Source of the DNA: Chloroflexota bacterium | Lineage (GTDB): Bacteria; Chloroflexota; Dehalococcoidia; DSTF01; JACRBR01 | Length of the DNA: 64,000 nt | Direction: 5' to 3' | Assembly: GCA_031400455.1 (NCBI GenBank) | Contig: JANNPX010000025.1 | Coordinates: 64,345 to 128,344, forward strand | Part shown: positions 60,954 to 64,000 of the stretch, one piece after another | Position numbering within the stretch: the first letter of the stretch is position 1 | Layout of the letters: each line of letters starts with the position of its first letter | Position numbers and translations under genes: made by a program | The notes under the pieces: model-generated | Told to the model about the DNA's origin: nothing | What the model saw: only the letters and a program-made list of their open reading frames with translations | Databases searched by the model: none

Positions 60954-62216
60954 ATGTACCAGGGCAACATGTACTCGGGTGGGCAGGGCGTCTACCTGCA
61001 CTACATCACGCGCGAGCTCGTGAGACTGGGGCACGAAGTGCACGTCATTTCGGGGCGGCCGTATCCGCGGCTCGTCGATGGCGTCGTACACCACAAGCTG
61101 CACACCTACACGCTGTGGGCGTTTCTCGACGGGCGCGACGAACTGGCGTACAACGACGCGCCGTTCGCAATGCTGCACCCGTGGAACTTCTACGAGTTCG
61201 CTTCGACGCGCGTGTCGCTCGGCTCGCTGTTCTTTTCGTTCAGCGTGCGCGCCTACCAGAAGCTCGCTGAAATCGAGCGCCAGTACGGGCCGTTCGACCT
61301 CGTGCACGACAACCAGACGCTCGGTTACGGCATCCTCGCCATGAAGAAGCTGATGGGCAAACCGGTCGTCGCGTCGCTCCACCACCCGCTCGCGATCGAC
61401 AAGGCGAACAACTTGCGGGAGGCGAAGACCGTCGTCCGCCGCCTCTCGCGCGAGATCTGGTTCCCGGGACGCATGCAGTCGATCGTCGCGAACGGCATCG
61501 ACATGATCTTCACGGGATCGCGGAACTCCGCGCAGAGCGTCAGCGCATCGATGGATATCCCGCTCGAGCACATTCGCCAGACGCCGTACGGCGTCGACCA
61601 CGAGATCATGCACCCGCTATCCGACGCCGCGCGCGTCCCCGGTACGATCCTCTTCGTCGGCGACTCCGAAGACCGAAACAAAGGCGCACGCTTCCTCATC
61701 GAAGCCTGCGCGCAGCTGCAGCACGACACCGACTTCCGCCTGCTCTTCAAGGACAAGAAGGAGAGGGATATGACGGTCGTGCCGCCGCTCGTCTGGAAGC
61801 ACGGGCTGCAGCGATTCGTCGAGTACATCCCGCGGCTGGAGACCGACGAACTGGTGAGGCTCTACAACAGCGCCCAGATCGTCGTGTCGCCGTCGCTATA
61901 CGAAGGCTTCGGCCTGCCCGCTGCCGAGGCGATGGCCTGCGGCGCCGCAGTCATCGCAACGACGGCCGGCGCCTTTCCGGAGTTCATCGAGGACGGCCGC
62001 ACCGGCATCCTCGTCCCGCCCGGCGACGCCGACGCGCTGGCCGCCGCCATCCGCTCGCTGCTTGCTGATCCCGAACGCTGCGTCCGCATGGGCGCCGCCG
62101 CGAGCGAGCACATCCGCACGAACTTCACCTGGGAGCGCACGGCGAAGATCACGCTCGACCTGTACGGCGAGGTGCTGGCGAAGCAACCCCGTCGTCCCAC
62201 ATCCATCGTCTCGTAG
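60954..62216 (+). CDS. GT4-family glycosyltransferase, paralog 2 (possibly 5'-disrupted)
   Basis: MYQGNMYSGGQGVYLHYITRELVRLGHEVHV. The ancestral MKI... start is now LKI (CTC), so translation must begin at the ATG at 60954 or the GTG at 60894. Confidence 0.7.
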   Translation: MYQGNMYSGGQGVYLHYITRELVRLGHEVHVISGRPYPRLVDGVVHHKLHTYTLWAFLDGRDELAYNDAPFAMLHPWNFYEFASTRVSLGSLFFSFSVRAYQKLAEIERQYGPFDLVHDNQTLGYGILAMKKLMGKPVVASLHHPLAIDKANNLREAKTVVRRLSREIWFPGRMQSIVANGIDMIFTGSRNSAQSVSASMDIPLEHIRQTPYGVDHEIMHPLSDAARVPGTILFVGDSEDRNKGARFLIEACAQLQHDTDFRLLFKDKKERDMTVVPPLVWKHGLQRFVEYIPRLETDELVRLYNSAQIVVSPSLYEGFGLPAAEAMACGAAVIATTAGAFPEFIEDGRTGILVPPGDADALAAAIRSLLADPERCVRMGAAASEHIRTNFTWERTAKITLDLYGEVLAKQPRRPTSIVS

Positions 62217-62324
62217 GAGCAGGTCTTCAGACTGCGCCGCGGGTGCGACGAGGCCGATGGCACCGTTAACGGCCCGTTAACCCGCGTTCACGCGCTGATA
62301 ATCTCGCTGCCCGATGCTGATAGC

Positions 62325-62708
62325 ATGACAATCGAAACATCCCAGAACCGACCCGGCGACGCGCATGCCGCAGCCTCCTGCCCGGATGGGGTCGCGCTTG
62401 TGCGAGGCACGCCCGCGGCGCGTGATACTCACGCCGGTATCGCTCGCGTGATCGCCAATGGCGACGACATCGCCAGGATTCAGCCGGACGACGTGCTGGT
62501 CTGCGCGGTCGTGTCTCCGATCATGCTTGCGGCGCCCATCGGCGCGCTCGTGGCCGACGTCGGCGGCATGCTTTCGAATCCGGCGATCATTGCTCGGGAG
62601 CGGGGTATTCCCGCAGTCTTCGCGACGCGCGACGGCACGCAACGTATCCGCGATGGCCAGCGCATCGCGGTTGATGGCGCGCGTGGCGTCGTGACGATCC
62701 TCGAGTAA
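62325..62708 (+). CDS. stand-alone PEP-utilizing-enzyme mobile domain protein with His->Asn at the phospho-acceptor position
   Basis: GGMLSNPAIIARERGIPAV versus the consensus GG.TSHAAIIARE.GIP. Confidence 0.6.
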   Translation: MTIETSQNRPGDAHAAASCPDGVALVRGTPAARDTHAGIARVIANGDDIARIQPDDVLVCAVVSPIMLAAPIGALVADVGGMLSNPAIIARERGIPAVFATRDGTQRIRDGQRIAVDGARGVVTILE

Positions 62709-62733
62709 GCTCTGCTCTCCATTGGCGCGACCC

Positions 62734-63684
62734 TCACGCGTCCTGCACGCACCTGAATCCCATATTCCCCGTCGAGCTGCCCGGCGTGTTGGCGCTGCGC
62801 GCGGCGACGCGATAGCGGTAGCAGTACGACTCGTGGCAGAGGTACGAGCCGCCGCGGATGACGCGATGTGTGCCGTCGGGAGGGCCTGCGGGATTCCCGC
62901 GCGGGCCATCGATGTGGTAGCGGGGGCTGAACCAGTCGGCGCACCACTCCCACGCGTTGCCGGACATGTTGTACAGGCCGAAGCCGTTCGGCGCGAACGA
63001 ATCGACCGGCGCGGTGCCGTAGTACCCATCGGCGACGGTGTTGGTGCGCGGAAACTCGCCCTGCCAGATGTTGCAGCGATGCTCTCCGCCCGGCGTCAGC
63101 TCGTCGCCCCACGGATACCGCTTCTGTTCGAGGCCGCCGCGCGCCGCGTACTCCCACTCTGCCTCTGTCGGCAGACGCGCGCCCGCCCACGCGCAATACG
63201 CCATTGCGTCGCCCCACGTGACGTGCACGACGGGATGCTGCCCTCGCAGGTCGATATTTGAATGCGGGCCTTCGGGATGGCGCCAGTTCGCGCCCTCGAC
63301 TTCACGCCACCACGGGGCGGCGGCGACGCCGCGCGTGTCGGGGAAGTCATCCGGCAGCAGGCCGCCGAATACGAACGATGCCGCGAAACGCTCGGCGTCG
63401 GTCACGTACGCCGTGGCGGTGACGAACGCGGCGAAGCGCTCGTTGCTGACGGCCGTGGGGTCGATCCAGAACGGCCGCACCGACACGCGCCGGACTGGCC
63501 CCTCGCCGTCCTGCGGATATCCAACACCGTTGTCCGTCCCCATCAGGAACGAGCCACCCGGTAGCAACGCCATGCGGGGAGTCGAGTCGGCCGATCGCAG
63601 AGTCGCCTTGGAGACAGGCCGGGGGTGAGGTGCTCGATCTGCCGCGGGCGCACAGCACGCAGAGTCGCGCTCGTCCTCACACAT
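62734..63684 (-). CDS. formylglycine-generating enzyme (SUMF1/FGE) family protein
   Basis: FGE-sulfatase domain (WGDAMAYCAWAG, RGGSY, GFRCV); start trimmed to MCEDE, which is uncertain. Confidence 0.75.
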   Translation of the reverse strand: MCEDERDSACCAPAADRAPHPRPVSKATLRSADSTPRMALLPGGSFLMGTDNGVGYPQDGEGPVRRVSVRPFWIDPTAVSNERFAAFVTATAYVTDAERFAASFVFGGLLPDDFPDTRGVAAAPWWREVEGANWRHPEGPHSNIDLRGQHPVVHVTWGDAMAYCAWAGARLPTEAEWEYAARGGLEQKRYPWGDELTPGGEHRCNIWQGEFPRTNTVADGYYGTAPVDSFAPNGFGLYNMSGNAWEWCADWFSPRYHIDGPRGNPAGPPDGTHRVIRGGSYLCHESYCYRYRVAARSANTPGSSTGNMGFRCVQDA

Positions 63685-63733
63685 CTCGATCCTCTGCGCT
63701 CTCTGCGGCTCTGCGGTGAATCCCGTCGCACAT

Positions 63734-64000
63734 CTACTGGCGCGCCATCTCGATCCGCGCCTCCTGCTCGAGGTCCCGCGGCGGCTCCGGCCCCGATACA
63801 TCGACGATGACCCTGCGCAGCGTGCCCGTGAACCGGAACGGCGAAGCGTAGTCGTTCGTCACCGGATTGCCCTCGTCACGCCCGACCTGGAAGCCGACGC
63901 CCAGGCCGAACAGGAACGGCACCGTGCGCGGGATCTGTCCCTCGCCGCACGCCTGCCCGTTGATGTACAGCCGGAGCACGCCGCCCGGACCGAACGGCTG
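63734..64000 (-). CDS. sulfatase, C-terminal fragment (gene continues beyond the window)
   Basis: Typical sulfatase C-terminus; FGE lies immediately downstream. Confidence 0.5.
   Translation of the reverse strand, partial: QPFGPGGVLRLYINGQACGEGQIPRTVPFLFGLGVGFQVGRDEGNPVTNDYASPFRFTGTLRRVIVDVSGPEPPRDLEQEARIEMARQ

Overview
High-GC (~65-68%) bacterial chromosomal segment. Its core is a contiguous str-S10-spc-alpha ribosomal superoperon on the + strand (rpsL at 6.6 kb through rpsI at 27.4 kb, 37 genes, no tuf between fusA and rpsJ). Housekeeping genes flank it: a radical-SAM protein, holA, lexA, rpsT, murJ, nhaA, thyX, topA and tRNA-Ser(UGA). Visibly lower-GC accessory genes are interspersed: a dockerin/DUF11 secreted protein, a beta-helix protein, a PD-(D/E)xK/DUF4268-like protein and a four-helix-bundle 'IVS' protein. 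The intergenic space carries several families of short tandem repeats: an STRR-like heptamer family TTYGYRG, an octamer family NNGCTGAC, a 9-mer, and a recurring TAGGGGCRC hairpin motif. The most unusual locus is 55.5-62.3 kb: two paralogous GT4-methyltransferase modules flank a beta-lactamase-fold serine hydrolase and a methyltransferase::ClbS-like fusion, and the cluster is interrupted by a four-helix-bundle (23S-rRNA-IVS/Avd-like) gene bracketed by inverted heptamer arrays, which looks like a miniature mobile cassette. Many ribosomal and DNA-associated proteins carry low-complexity Lys/Ala-rich or acidic tails. All domain calls come from motif recognition by eye; nothing was searched against a database.
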